A stretch of DNA of 64,000 nucleotides from Octopus sinensis (Eukaryota), in assembly GCF_006345805.1 (NCBI RefSeq), contig NC_043001.1, forward strand, positions 56,730,001 to 56,794,000. The letters run 5' to 3'. The notes under the pieces were generated by a model. It was not told the DNA's origin and did no database searches. It saw nothing but the letters and a program-made list of their open reading frames with translations. The first letter of the stretch is position 1. The number at the start of each line of letters is the position of its first letter. A program made the translations under genes and the position numbers. Shown here one piece after another: positions 39,661 through 54,769 of this stretch.

Positions 39661-42600
39661 TAACTACATCCCTAAGACAGAACCTTGTATCTTTTTTGGG
39701 AACTGGCCCCTCCTCAGTGAAAGATTTATAATAATTAATGAACAGAAGAGACATCCATCCATCCATCCATCCATCCATCCATCCATCCATCCATCCATCC
39801 ATCCATCTATCCATCCATACATACATACCTACATACATACATACATACATACATACATACATACATACATACATACATACATACATACATACATACATGT
39901 AACCTGTCTCAGGCTTAGAAACATTTATGAGATGGATAGAAAGAAGTGGTTAGAAGTTGAGTTTTTACTTTCCCCGCGTGCTAAATATCTGTTTTTATAC
40001 GAATCTCGTATTATTTCTGTTGCAGAGAAGTTTAGTTTATTGAGAGCCACTAAACAAGTTTGTATTAAAAATTTGAGACAAAATTACAGTTGAAGTGATG
40101 AAAAGCTCCCTTGTCTGTTTCTTAAAGGTTTTATCCCGAATGGATGAAGTCATTATTTTCTTAAGGATTTTCATCTTCCCTTTAAACTTTGTATCACACA
40201 TTTATTTTCAAAAAGTCAACCGAACTTCTGAAACAGCCTCCTCTATTCTTCTAAACGATTTACACATAGTCTCTGCCCTCATTCCATTCTAATTCTAAAA
40301 GTGACACATGCCACTTTTAATCTTGTCATTAGTATTATATCACATCTGTAAATACTCTTCTAATGATCTTCTCAGTGTTCATACTTCAGAACTGCAAGAA
40401 TTAGGAATTTCCCCTTTTTGCGTACTTATTATTGCCGTTTAACGTTAAGTCTAACCCGATAGAGCTGGCCTTTTAAATACAGTATTTCAAATATGATTAT
40501 TACATTTTGTTGTCAGGTGTGATATATCAAGGATCACATGTATCGAATGTCCCTTTCCAGTTTAAGAAGATACAGTGTGACTTCAGAGAGCATTAGCAAC
40601 TATTTATATCAGGTCTATCCACCACACTGAGGTGTTCCTCTAAGTCAAGATATTGTTGTCCAGAAAAAGATCGACCATGTCGTTCTCTAACACTATAGAA
40701 ATGACGCCTCTTTTACAAATTTGTAAAAGAAATCGGAACCGAGATTTACTCATTTTTAGTGTTGTATTATGTACAACAGGCTAAGAAGGCAAAAAGTCAT
40801 GGAAAAAGATATTTCTTCGACATATTTGTGGTGGATATTATGTACTGAAATGAGATTTAAACTGGGTTAAAAATACGAACAAATAAAACTGCTACATATT
40901 TGTATCTGATGAAGCGAGAGTAAGAGTTGTTAGCTGGTGATGCAAAATTAATGAAGGAACATCTGTGCAGTAATGTATACTGTTAAAGTAGCAGCTAGAT
41001 CATTTCCAAATTTCCTCCTATCGTTTTGTACATGGACGGATACTCTGTATAATATAGTCTTAGATAGGCATAGCTGAAGTGAAAGGTGGAATGGTCAAGA
41101 TTGCAAAGCTTGTGATCAAAGGTTTGTTCAGTTATACATAACCTGTGACTAAACAACCTCAAAAGCAACATCATGTTTAACCAAACCATAGGCACTTTGG
41201 ATTTTACAGATGATATGACACAGAGTTTGGTATTCCACAGATCAGTGCTCGTTCAAATTTATCTGGCAAAGCAAACTTACACTAGTTTAGAAATGTAAAT
41301 ATCTCTCGACAAATACTGAATGATTAGATAACCAGCAAAAGATTAGTATTATTGTGTATAGTGCCAAGAACGAGTCAGTCTAGTGGAACCCATTTGCTTC
41401 TAAGCTGTTGATAATGAACAGAAATTTTAGGCAATTTTATGTGAAATGAGAGATTTGGACAAAAGGAAAAAAGGATGGTGGAGGAAATAGATAAAATAAA
41501 ATAAAAAAAAGCAAATCTTTCGGGCTCAAATTGATAGGCGATAATCACATTCACATGGATACACATGCATGAAAACTAGAATAAAAAGGCGCGATTGTTA
41601 CGCATGGAAAACCTCTGATCGTCTACATGATCAGAACTAAACTAGGGCTAAACAACAACACTAACAAGTTACTACTGTAGGATGATTTAATTGTTAAACT
41701 GGCATCCCCATGCAAGTTCAAGTACACAGAACGCCTACGGATACCAATGCACACTCGAAAATACATCCAAACACATACGTATGTTGAAATTTATGTCTAA
41801 GCATCCACATGTAAGCGCATATACATACGCGTATGCAGAGATGCATTATACACATACGCACTTTGATCCGATTCATAACAACACTTACAAAGAGTTAAAG
41901 CTGGACAAATCTCAGATGTTTCCATCCATTGAGAAATCAATCTAAAACTTTTTCCTGCGACTGCTGCGGTTGCTGCTACTGCTGCCGCTGCTGCAGTTAT
42001 TATTTCTGTTGTTGTTTCTGCTGCCAGATATGACGATACTAGATAACTTCTGCCCTAATCCGTTATTGGATACGTTTCCTATAGCAGCCAAACAATATAT
42101 TTGTTGGGTAGGGCTACATCAAGGCTGACTTATCTTAGAAGCTTCATAAATCTAATATCCATTTTATTATTTGATTCTTAAGCTCAATATAGTATTTTTT
42201 GTTTTTATTTATTCGTTTATCAATTCTAGGAATTAGACAGACGTTGCCCTTTATTTATTGCAATCTATTTAATTCTTTTGATATTTGAAATCATTCTACT
42301 TTATATTTTCGATTTTAAACAAATTGGAATTTGGCTTATAATTTTTTCTCTATTGAGAAAAACTAAACATGAAAAGAAAGACGAAGAGAGAGGGAGACAG
42401 AGAGAAAGAGAAAGAAAGAGAGAGGGGTGATGGGGAGAAGGAGATAAACATGAATATGGAAAATGAGTTAGAATTGTCCCAGAGATAAAATAGATAAATC
42501 TAAATTAAAAAGAAAAATCACAACGCGAAAGAGAAACAAGCAAATAATATAATCCTTAATAGCACCAAATATTATTTGTTTATTTTTGCATATATTATTA

Positions 42601-43131
42601 GACAGTATAGTGCTGTAACAAAGAAATATATAGAATAATCTCCAAAACTAATGATATTAAATCTAAACCAAGGCTGAAATTTTATTGACGAGGAGACAAA
42701 ATGAAAACAAAAAAAAAAAACGAAATATTCTTGTGAAAAACTAAGTATAATTCTAAAAATGGAAAATCAGACCCTAAAAGAAATAGAATCCATTAAAAGG
42801 AAAGCAACCTCTCCCTCGAAAACGAAACAAAAATGAAAGACAAGCACACCCAAAGTCGTGTCAAGATATCGTACAAGTAAAACAAATATTTATGGAAATG
42901 AATAAATGCAGCAACAAAATGATTACAGTATCCTAACATTGTAATGCACAGTGAAATATGAGTGTGTGCATGTGTGTGTGGTGTCGTATATATATAATAT
43001 ATATATATATATATATCTATATATATATATATATAGATATTATATATTATATATATATCTTTATTATATATATATATATTATATATATATATATTTATAT
43101 ATATATATATCTATATATATATATATAAAAT

Positions 43132-43312
43132 AGCCATGCTAGATCGTTAGCCACTACACACATTTTTTCTCTCCTTGTTTTTTCTGTGTCCTTTTCTATT
43201 GAAGAGCGTAGGCTCGAAACGTAAAAGACTTTTTATATTCCTGAGCGTTATCTAATACCTCTGTTTGTTTGTACACCACCTGTCTCCGTCTTTTGTTTTT
43301 TTTCGTAAACTC
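43132..43312 (+). mobile_element. ~180-bp PLE pLTR-derived mini-element with HHR motif (43191-43227)
   Basis: ctttt-CTATTGA-A-GAGC-gtag-GCTC-GAAA-CGT-A-aaag, inserted in a microsatellite tract. Confidence 0.7.
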
Positions 43313-43323
43313 TCTCTCTCTCA

Positions 43324-43373
<50 letters not shown>

Positions 43374-43736
43374 ATTTATTTATATTTATATTCTCTTATA
43401 CATATTGTATTATTGTATCATATTACTTCTTTATGTACACTCTTTATGTACACTGTTTTGTTCATATTATTATGTTTGACCTTAAAGTTTCTTATGTGGT
43501 GGTTTATAAAGTATATGATTGGGTATTATCTGGTAATTAATATTTGATTTGGATGTTTTCTCCATTTTCTTATTTTTATTATGAATTTGTGGTAAAACAT
43601 TTTACCTTTGTCCATATAATACAGTAAATGAATTAATTGCATCATCGCAATCTTAACATTTATGTATTAACTTTGTTGGGTACTTCACTAGCAGTATATT
43701 GGATATATGTTATCCCATGAGGGTTGCATCTCAATT

Positions 43737-43784
<48 letters not shown>

Positions 43785-43785
43785 T

Positions 43786-43975
43786 GCCATGATAGATAGC
43801 TAGCAACTACACATTCTTTATTTTCTCTCCTTGTTTCTTTGTGTTCCTTTCTGTGGAAGAGCGTAGGCTCGAAATATTAAAGACTTTTTCACTTCCCGAG
43901 CGTTATACTAATACATCTGTTTGTTGTCTACATCACCTGTCTCCGTCTTTTGTTTTCTTTTTGTGAATTCTCCCT
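43786..43975 (+). mobile_element. Second ~185-bp copy of the HHR mini-element (motif 43847-43882)
   Basis: cttt-CTGTGGA-A-GAGC-gtag-GCTC-GAAA-TAT-T-aaag; homologous to 43132-43312 and flanked by (TA)n. Confidence 0.7.
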
Positions 43976-44330
43976 ATATATACGTATATTTAAACATATA
44001 TGTATGTATATAGATATACATATATACATATACATCTGTCTGTCTGTCTCTCTATATATGCATATATATGTGTGTATCAAAATAACATTGATCCTGTTGT
44101 CATCGGGGCGGGCATGATATGTCGATTATTACGCATGTTCTTTCTTTTTTATTCACCACACCATTGTCTGGTCAGGTGATGGCACTGGATCATTGCATCC
44201 CAAATGATTTTGCAATTCTCATTCTCGGTGACTCCTTCTTGGGTTTGCTCATACCATGTCTTTGATCTTTGTAGGCCGTGATTTCCACAGGGCTTCCAAT
44301 GCATCATTCTTGCCACATTGTTATGGCGTC

Positions 44331-44395
<65 letters not shown>

Positions 44396-44401
44396 GTTAT
44401 T

Positions 44402-47130
44402 CACTGAACACGTAAGTCTCGTTTAAAACCATTGTTTTTATCAGATTTGTTGTGTTTTTTTGTAAAATGTTTGTTATAACTTATTAAGAGCATCAGAAGT
44501 ATTGTGTAGCTATTTTGCTCTGCAAGATGTCTTTTGCTCGGTTGGCGTTTTAAAGAAGATCCATATATACAAGTTGGCGTCAACAACATTCGTTATGGGA
44601 GCATTGAGGGAGAGAACCGTTTCTTCCACAGCCGAATACTTTCCTTTACTTCATTCACTCATTCCATTAAGTTACAGGAGCCGATTGTTGAGAGCGGCAG
44701 CTACAGTAACGTCGTCAACAACAACAACAACAACAAAAACGACAGCCTCAATACCGTCGGACTGCTAGACGTTGGCAGTATCGCAGGAAATATCAGCCAC
44801 AATATCACCCCTCCTACCATCACCAGTAGTAGGACGAAGTTAAGCCCGCGAAAGGACATCACAGATAATGAAAATAGCAGCAACAACAGGCAACAGCAAA
44901 TCTGTGTTGTAGAAGGTAGAAAGTGTATATGCGAATTTTGTGGGACCACAAGACACCTTAGTGCATTCTGCCCCGAAAAATAGGAGGCTCGAGGCCATTG
45001 TTACAGTGCGCTCAACAATAGCAACAACAAAGACAATACGCCACACCTGCAGCATCATCAACAACGGAGACAGCAGGAACAAGGAAATTACCGCCAGTTA
45101 GAACATCAGCACAAACAACTACACCAGCTGTTGGGAAAACAATAAGAGGGTAAAATATAACAACAAAACAGTAGAGACAAGAACAGCTCTGGTTATTCTG
45201 TCATCACTATCCCAACATCAACAAGAAAAACACGGAAAGAACCACAGAGGGCTTCTCTCAACCCAGCTCTCCCTCTCCCCCTTTTCTCAAACATACATTC
45301 ACAGAGAGACACTCACACAAACAAAAACACACCCTACCCATATCCGAGACAGATACTAGTCTCCACATACAGAAGTGAAGACGATGAACAACACCTCACA
45401 GTCAAACAGAAAAGATAACAGAGAAAACACCTTGCTTCGCGTCAACACACCAGAAAACGCAATAAACGTTCTCACAGCAAACAGAAATACAACAACATTA
45501 ATCCCACTGTCTCCACAACTGTCAGCCCTTCGAGTTTTATTTTCGTATGCCAGACATGTTCGGTGATCTCTTGGCCGAGGTCTGCTGCAACGGACAACGG
45601 AACGGGAGAATTCCCAGTGTTGTGAGCTGCGGCGTAGAGAAAGAAACTGAACAACGGAAAAAAATAGATAATTTTAGGCCCGTAATTCTGCTAAATGCAG
45701 ATTCCGAAATTTTAGTCAAGGTATTGATCAAAGGCGGCGAGCTGGCAGAAGCGTTAGTACGCCGGGCGAAATGCGTAGCCCTATTTCGTCTGCCATTACG
45801 TTCTGAGTTCAAAATTCCGCCGAGGTCGACTTTGCCTTTCATCCTTTCGGGGTCGATTAAATAAGTACCAGTTACGCACTGGGGTCGATATAATCGACTT
45901 AATCCGTTTGTCTGTCCTTGTTTGTCCTCTCTGTGTCTAGCTCCTTGTGGGTAGTAAAGAAATAGGTATTGGTCAAAGGGTTGGTGCTTGACATTGATAG
46001 ACTGGTAGGTGACGCGAAGAGATGCGCTGTCCCAAAGAGATCTATTCACGGCGACCTCTACTCAACGCGTTACATCATAGAGAGAGTAGGTAAGGATCCT
46101 GGCATGGGAGGGTGTCTTTGATAAATTTAGATCAATCGAAGGCTTTCAACAAATTCAACTATCAATACTTGGCACTGTCCTCTGGACGAGAAATTGCGCC
46201 TGGCACCTTGAATAACGGCAAGCCCTCGCAGCCCCCTGCCTGTCGAGCAATGCGGTCGGTGGAAATACTACTTTAATGTTATCTAGGGGATTAGTGGTGA
46301 GCAAGAACAACGACATCCTCAGCGAAAACCTGGGTGTTGGGGGAGATCATAGATGGTGCTTTATGGAGAACGTTTAGGCCAGAACCAATGGATAATTTCC
46401 AGAAATCTCTGTCCTGACAGTGCTATCGGGTTCTCTGCCAGATCGAAGTATGCTTTCCATGCACGAAAGTGCTGTTGGACGGATCTAACCCAGATGCGCT
46501 CAAAGCAAGGAAACTTTTCTCCATGCACTTATTCAGTGTTTCAGCAGTGCTGACTTGAGAATCTTTGTCGAACAGCCGTTGTTGCGTGAAGGTCGGATCC
46601 CGTTATCCGCCGAGCCCACCATGAAGTTCATTTAGTCGCCTACTTTTGCCTGGGAAGCGCAGGAATTTTCCCTCTTTCTGGTAGATATTGCGAAAGAGGT
46701 AATGTGGTTGACGAAGTTGAAAGGGTTGAAACTCTTCGCCCTGGACCTCTTCGACGTTTCGAAGTCCCACTTGAAAAGAAAAGTGAGGCCGGAGAAGGAA
46801 GTGCTGCCCACCAGTAATTTTGTTCAAAGCTGTGAAATGAGGCGCGGATGGCTCGTGTGAATGGACCTATTCAAAACATGCGCCTGTTGATTGGAGAAAA
46901 TGAAAAGGAGAAGGGTGTGTGCCTGGGGTGCAATTGGCGGTCGGGATGACCAGGATGTGTGAACTTCCTCGGTTGCGTCTGGGTGGTAGCACTCTCCTAT
47001 TTTTAAGGGAATTTTACTGTGTAAAGTTTGTTGCTATTGTTTTTTCTATTGTTTACACTTATTTTGTGTAAGCCCCTCGTGTCCTATGTCTAGTGTCATC
47101 CTTTTTGTCTTGTTACCAATAAAGAAAATA
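44402..47130 (+). mobile_element. Decayed Tx1/L1-clade LINE (ORF1 zinc knuckle, RT fragment, 3' UTR) between (TTA)n tracts
   Basis: ORF1 VVEGRKCICEFCGTTRHLSAFCPEK (CCHC); RT DNFRPVILLNADSEILVKVL...CAVPKRSI...INLDQSKAF. Confidence 0.8.
45732..45963 (+). mobile_element. Young family A SINE inserted into the Tx1-like RT, with TSD
   Basis: aggtattgatcaa (45719-45731) and aggtattggtcaa (45964-45976). Confidence 0.93.
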
Positions 47131-47153
47131 TTATTATTGCTATTATTATTATT

Positions 47154-47242
<89 letters not shown>

Positions 47243-47246
47243 TGTT

Positions 47247-47504
47247 AAGGCATCGAGCTTGGCAGAGTCGTTTGCACGTCGGCAAAATGCTTAGCAGCAT
47301 TTCGTCCGTCTTTACGTTCTGAGTTCAAATTCCGCCGAAGTCAACTTTGCCTTTCATCCTTTCGAGGTCGATAAAATTGAGTACTGGGGTCTATGTAATC
47401 GACTAGTCCCCTCCCCGCAGATTTCAATCCTTGTGCCTATTGTAGAAAGGGTGTTGTTATTATTATTATTGTTATTATTATTATTATTATTATTGTTATT
47501 ATTA

Positions 47505-47580
<76 letters not shown>

Positions 47581-47582
47581 CA

Positions 47583-47644
<62 letters not shown>

Positions 47645-47760
47645 GTAAATGCTTAGTGGTATTTCGTTCGTCTTTATGTTCTGAGTTCAAATTTCACCGA
47701 GGTCGACTTTGCCTTTTACCCCCGAAAAAATTTCAGGCTTTCGTGCCTATAGTAGAAAAG
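47247..47760 (+). mobile_element. Two family A SINE copies separated by (TTA)n
   Basis: Consensus matches at 47247-47450 and 47649-47760. Confidence 0.75.
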
Positions 47761-47804
47761 CTTATTATTGTTGTTGTTGTTCTTGTTACCTACTACTACT
47801 ACTG

Positions 47805-47852
<48 letters not shown>

Positions 47853-48039
47853 GGAAGAACTACACCAACAGCAGCAGCAACAACAAGAATATCCACCTCA
47901 GTCTGCTGGTTGTGCACAGTTGACACTTTCCATCATAACCAGCAAAATAAAGCTGACGTTTTTCAGAATATTATAATTTATTGTCGCAAGTGCAGCGAAT
48001 AGGGACATTACAAGTACATAAGGTGACATTACAAATACA

Positions 48040-49000
48040 TTAGGTGTTTTAAATGGTTTGCGTTAATCGGTAATACATGGAGACAAAAATAAATGCAAAG
48101 GAGATATGAAATCAATGCACTGCCTCAGTTGGTGCCACTTATGCAATCTCATATAATCTCAAGACTGCTGTGTCTATCAACTATAAATGTCATCTCAAAT
48201 TATTCCATTGATCACATGCCCAAAGAAAGATGTGCTCGCTGATATCACTCACCTTCAGCAAATTTATTGGGAGTAGCTCCTTCTTCTGCGCCATTACCTT
48301 ACTCTTCATAATGTACCTGAAAGAATTGCGTGAAGCAGAGATCGCACCTCCTAAGTCTTGTTAGTTATGTTCAAGATACAATTTTTCTATTTTTACCATA
48401 GCCATAGTACAGGGGAAATACTTTACCTTTGTCTGTGAATAAAAGACAGCAGGCTATGCCTCGGTTACCAGCAGCAACACTAAAAAATATCAGTATTGTT
48501 GAGACACTTAATGAATACGTGGAAACAGATTTATCTAATGCCTGCACCTTAGACAATACAATGTTGTTAGATTTTATCTCGAACCAGCAGTTCTCCCAAA
48601 CCCATAGCTCTGCCAATTCCAGAGACTTCTTGAAGCCAACATGCACAGTCCTTTAGCAGAGAGCCATTTAGAAGAGATTGATCCGTTGATCGTCAACGAC
48701 ATTCAGAGTATCTTCTGATATGTTAATATCTGTAAAATGCAAGGATGATTACTGTATTAGTCTTATTGTCCGCCTGTTGGTATAGAAAGGATTATGTGCG
48801 CGTGAGAAAATTCCAAATGCCAGACATTCTATGCTGCTCTCAACCTGACTCAGAATTGCAGTTCAGTTAAATTTACAAGCTAAGAAAAGATATGCCTAGA
48901 AATATAATTCGACATTTATAGAACAGCTGAAAAAAATTGTAGATGTCGGAGCCTCAACGCATACCTACTGATAATTAGCTACGGCACTATAAACTCTCCA
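48040..49000 (-). pseudogene. Very decayed CR1/Jockey-group LINE RT fragment
   Basis: Minus-strand W...N...F...K.Q and ..WNNL-like segments. Confidence 0.35.
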
Positions 49001-49475
49001 CGGAGAGGTTACAGATAACAAACGGACATTGTAGCTAACGTACCCGTCTTCTTTACAGAAATATTAATGATGTATTTTATTGCCACAACTAAGTAACAAC
49101 AGAAATATATAGTATTGATGTTTATAATGGTGGTAATGATCTTGATGGTGAGGTTTGTAGTCATGGCTGTTGTGCAGGAATGGAATGTTCGTTATTAGCT
49201 ATTTTGTTATTAGAGTCCGTATTATTAGCGTTTGAAAACCAAAAATAAACATGACATAAAAAACAACAACAACAACAAAGAACAATGAAACAAAGAAAAA
49301 TAACTGTCTCACAAATATAACAAAAATAAAGCAGAAAAAGAGTTGTGAAAAATTGTTTGAAAAAAAAATATAGTGGTAAAAAGGCAATAAATAAATGAAT
49401 AAATTATAAAAGAATACTAGACTATTAAAATCTAAGCCGACAAATAAGCCCCATAATAAAAGAAAAGAAAAATTT

Positions 49476-49506
<31 letters not shown>

Positions 49507-51218
49507 ACACACATACACACAAACATGCATACACATATACACATATATATTACATATATATATATATACATACATAAATACATACATACATATGTGTATA
49601 TATATATATATATACACATATATATACACATATATATACACATATATATATATATACATGTACATATTACCAATATGTGTATATTAATTATATGATGTAT
49701 ATATATATATATAGATATATATATATATGGATACTCACATATTTAACTATATTTCAGTTTTTAATTTAGCTTTTTGGGGGAGAAAGATTTTATTTAATGA
49801 TTTCAATGAGGGAAATGAAGGAGAGGAAGACAAATAAATATATAATATAATATAATAATACATACTATAATAGAATGTAGTGTGTGTGTGCGTGTGTGCG
49901 TGCGTGTGTGTGAATAACAAACATTTAGAAAAGAAAACGGGAAAATAACTGGAAAAAATCATAATTAAAAAGAGAGTTAAATAAAACCTTATATACAAAA
50001 AGAACAAAAAGAAATGGGTCTCTTCCCACCCCATTTAACTTGATTTCTCGTTTAAAGATTTTTTTTCTTTTTTTCTTCTTCAACTTTTTATATTTTGGTC
50101 TTTGAAATTCTAATGAATATAATAAGCGGCACAAACCGCATTTCACTCTGAATCTGATCTCTTAGCCTCTCTCTCTTTCTCGCTCTCTTTCTCTCTCTCT
50201 CTCACTCACTCACCCACTCTTTGAATTCCTTCTCTGTCCCTATCATCATCATCATCATCATCTTCCTCATGCGAGTAATCATCGTTAACATCAGCATTAT
50301 TAGCATTTAGCATACCACTTCTTATTCCTTCTTCGATACCCACCAGCACACTTCTCCCCTGCTCTTCCTCCTCCTCCTCCTCCTCATCATCATCATCGTC
50401 ATCATTAGTGGCAGCAGCAGCAGCCTCAGTATCATCATCACGCTCATGATGATGATAAGCGTTTTATCGATGGCAACGGCAGACAACAGACCTCGGCCTA
50501 CAACAACAATAGACATTAGCAACAACAACAACATTATCTATATAACAATAACAACAACGACCACAAATAAAGAGGACGCGTTACAATATGTTTTTGCCTT
50601 TTTTTTTACAACTATTTTGTTTGGTTTTTGTTATCGTTGGAATTGTTATCTTCAATATTGTTTTTCAATTGTCTTTTCTTCTTTTGTCAAAAAATGTGAA
50701 TAAAAATTTAACAAAACAGATGAAAAATATCGTTCAGTTATTTTTTGAAATTTTGTTGTTACAATAAAAAAAATGTCCTTGTTGAAGTTTTTTTTTAGTT
50801 ATTTAGTTATTTTCTGTCCTTTTCTTTTTCACTTTTTATTTTTATACTTTGTTTTATTTACATTTCTCTTTTGTTTTATTTTTAGTTAAACCTAAAACAA
50901 TAATAGCAACAACAAAGTCTCCAACAGTTATTTCATATTTATTTCTGTATGTTTTAATATCCGTGTTTCATTGTAACCAATCTAACATTTCACTTGTATT
51001 GCAATTATTTTCTATAAACACACAGAAAACTGCACACATATACACACACAGACTCAATCATTCGCACACATACATACACAGATGCATACATGCATACATG
51101 AATGCCTGCATACATGCATGAATGCACACACAACATACCTAAACTTAACACATGTACAAACATGTATGCGTGTGTGATTGTGTATATAACAACAACAACA
51201 GCAACAACAATAATAATG

Positions 51219-51434
51219 GCTTCAAAATTTGCCAGAAGGGCAGACATTTTGCGGGAGGGCATAAGTCAATTACGTCGACTCCAGTGTTTCACTGGTGCAT
51301 GATTTATCGACCCCGAAAGGATGAAAGGCAAAGTCGACTTCGACGGAATTTGAACTCAGAACGTAGCAGCAGACAAATTACCACTAAGCATGCCTGGCAT
51401 GCTAACGATTCTGCCAGCTCGCTGCATTCATAGT

Positions 51435-51494
<60 letters not shown>

Positions 51495-51766
51495 TTTAAA
51501 GTATAAAAATTTGTAAGTAGAGGTAAATCGAATATATAACATATATAAAATAACACTACTAGGCACCGTACACATTCTACGTAACCCACATTCAATACAG
51601 TGAATATAAGAAGACCACAACAAACCACAGCACATATCCAAGGCACACAGAACTGCGTTCCGTAGTGCAGTGAAAGCACGTAATAAAAATAAGACTACTG
51701 AACAACAACAACAAAAACAAAAACAAAAACAAAAACAAAAACAACAACAACAACAACAACAACAAC

Positions 51767-51814
<48 letters not shown>

Positions 51815-52225
51815 TCTGTTATAGGTGCATGGTTAAACCTTTTCGGGAGTGGACAAATCAGCTACATCGACACCAGTAAAGAAGTAGTACTTATCTTATT
51901 GACCCCGAAAGAAAGGCAAATTTAGCCTCAGTCGTATTTTAATTCAGAACGTAACGAAGCGGAATAAATGCCACCGAGCATTTTGGTCAAAGTGCTAACG
52001 ATTTGACAAGCTCAAAGTCCTTGTCTTTTTACTATTGACATAAAGCTTGAAAGTTTAGGAGTGGTTTAATAAATTTCCTCGATCCCAGTACTCAACTGTT
52101 AGCTTATTTTATCGACCCTGAAAAGTTGAAAGGTGAAGTCAAACTCGGTGGCATTTGAACTCAGAATATAATGCTACTAAGTATTCTGTCCAATGTGCAA
52201 AATATTCTGCCTGCTCACCTCCTTA
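51219..52225 (-). mobile_element. Three degenerate family A SINE copies (51219-51422, 51815-52020, 52030-52225)
   Basis: Reverse-complement consensus matches. Confidence 0.7.
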
Positions 52226-54685
52226 ATAATAATAGCAATTAGTTCAGGGACACAGGATCTAGAGGAACTAAGGGCGGGCACGTTAGGTTGGGAGTGGAAG
52301 ACCAGGCTCCCAGCAGTCAGGCACAAATTCAACTCGGTAATCGCACATAAAACAAGAAGGTAGGTAGGAGAAGCCCTAGTGTCGATAAACGCTGGTTAAA
52401 AGCCAATAAGGTTACTCTTCAGTGCTTGTATGAAATTGAAGCACTTTTTATTTCATCGGTGAAAAGGCCCACCGTCTTTAGAATGAAAAGGAATGTATGA
52501 GACCAGCGTAATTCAATTTATGTGCTGAATTTCGTGATATACAGAAAAGAAGTTGTTTAATAATTGAAGAAATATTGTGCGATATTGAGAGAAGATTAGA
52601 AGATCTGCATGATTCTGAAGAGCCCTAAGACGAAAGTATCGATGAAATTAGGGTTGATGAACCTGAGAGCATAAAGGTGGGAGTAGAAGCTGGAGTAGAT
52701 GAAAATATTGGCAACCAGGGTAGTGATACGGGTGCAATGTATTATATTCATACAAACCCTATGTAGAGTTGCTCTTTGATCTGGAGGTCAATAAACAGGA
52801 AATACTGAACAGCCTAACTAAATTAATATAGTGTGGCAATTAGTCAGAATAATGCGTGATGTGAAAAGTCAGGCTAAGGTGCAAATTAGCCGAAAAGTAT
52901 CATAGCCGAGCTGAAGGAGAGACCTTTAAATAAGGTCAAGCTAGTGCTTAGAAACTATGAGAAGCAAATACCACCATCACGCTGTTTTGTTTCTTTTTCT
53001 GCTTTACAGGACATGTGTAGAGTCAAAAGATGGCAGTATGTATCAGCAAATCGAATTAGTATTTGAACGACATCAGGTCTCATAATTCAACAAATCAAGT
53101 CACTTTGTAACTTCATTGATATTAACTTTATATCATTCTGTCACTTGTTTTATATACAAAGATACAAATAACATCATACGCAAATCTCCAAAGTGAATGA
53201 CAAACAAAAACTTTGTGTACGAATAATATACATACATACATTCACACATGAATACATACATACATGCATGCATGTATGCATACATACATACGTACATACA
53301 AGTATACATACATACGGACAAACAGACATGCATACATACAAACACGTATATATACATACATAGACTTTCGATACTCTGCGTCATCGCTCCTAAGTTCATG
53401 TTGACATCTATTTCACTTCTTCCTCTGTCTTCTAGCAGTTTCCATACTGTTTACCGTTGTACTTTTAATCAAGAATATCGTTTATCTATATCAGGAAGTA
53501 TTACAAACATCAATATTACTATCTGTTGTTATTCGATCTATAAATGATAGAAACGATGACATTGATGGCGGTGCCGACGGCAAAAGAAACAAAACAAAAC
53601 CAAAAACAATATTAATGAAGTGTTCTTTACAAAACCTCGGTGCATGTTAGAAACAGCAGTCAATTTCTTTTAGACTCATCGCAGATATTAAATTAAAATA
53701 TATTATACACCTAAGCCTAGATAATGCTCAAAATACTATTGCATTACAATTGGAAAACATTTAATCATGCATTTTGTGCCACACCTGCTCTGTGGGACAA
53801 CCAACATAAACAGCCCTGCGAATTGTTAGAAAACAGATGTCAAAATGCCATTTGAGAGGTTCGTTCCTTAGTCGCTTAACTAAGACGGAATAGATTGCAA
53901 CAGTTATTAAAATCACTGTTTGGAGAACTGAAACAATTTCCTCTGAAATTTATGAGAAAGTATCCATGTCTTATTATATAGAGTATAAAAAGTGAACGGG
54001 ATTAACGAATTCACAACATAATCATGCAGCATACGAACATTATAGGATAATTAATAAAATGAGTCATTAGAATATTAACACTGGTTCAGAGCTAATCAAC
54101 AACATTGCCCCAGTTATTATTACCACCATCTCGCCGGCAATCACTATCGCCACTACCACCACCATCACAAAAAGCACAAACATCACAAACATCACCACCG
54201 CCAACATCCTCATTAATTATCATATGATTATCTCTATTGCTGTTCGCGTAATTTTTACATCTCGTTGTGAAGGAAACAAACCCTAAATTATGGTGATAAA
54301 AACCTTAGCAAATATTACTTGGAAACATTTTACACAATCAAACATTTGAAAACTAATGGGTGTTGATGGAAAATTATTGGAAACATTAAATTTATTAAAT
54401 TAGCAACTTGTACATCAAACACAAACTAATGATCAAAATTAGGTTTTGTAATCAAAATTGGATATAACTACCACTTATACATACACGGGAATATAAATAT
54501 ATATAGGTGGGTGTTTTTGAATGCGTGTATGCGTGATGTGTGTATGTGTGTGCGCGTGTGTGTGAGTGAGTGTATGAATTTTATGTGCGTTTATAGATAT
54601 ATTATAACATTAGATACACCCACACACGAATACATACGTACACACATACATTCACACGCACACAAGCGCGCGCGCACACACACAT

Positions 54686-54734
<49 letters not shown>

Positions 54735-54769
54735 TGTATATATTCGTATATGTGAGGAATAACTCTTTT

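Noticed and set aside
52230-52960. Possible 5' end of another R4-type LINE with a 5' ribozyme
   Set aside because: Too decayed; neither a protein motif nor a ribozyme fold could be supported.
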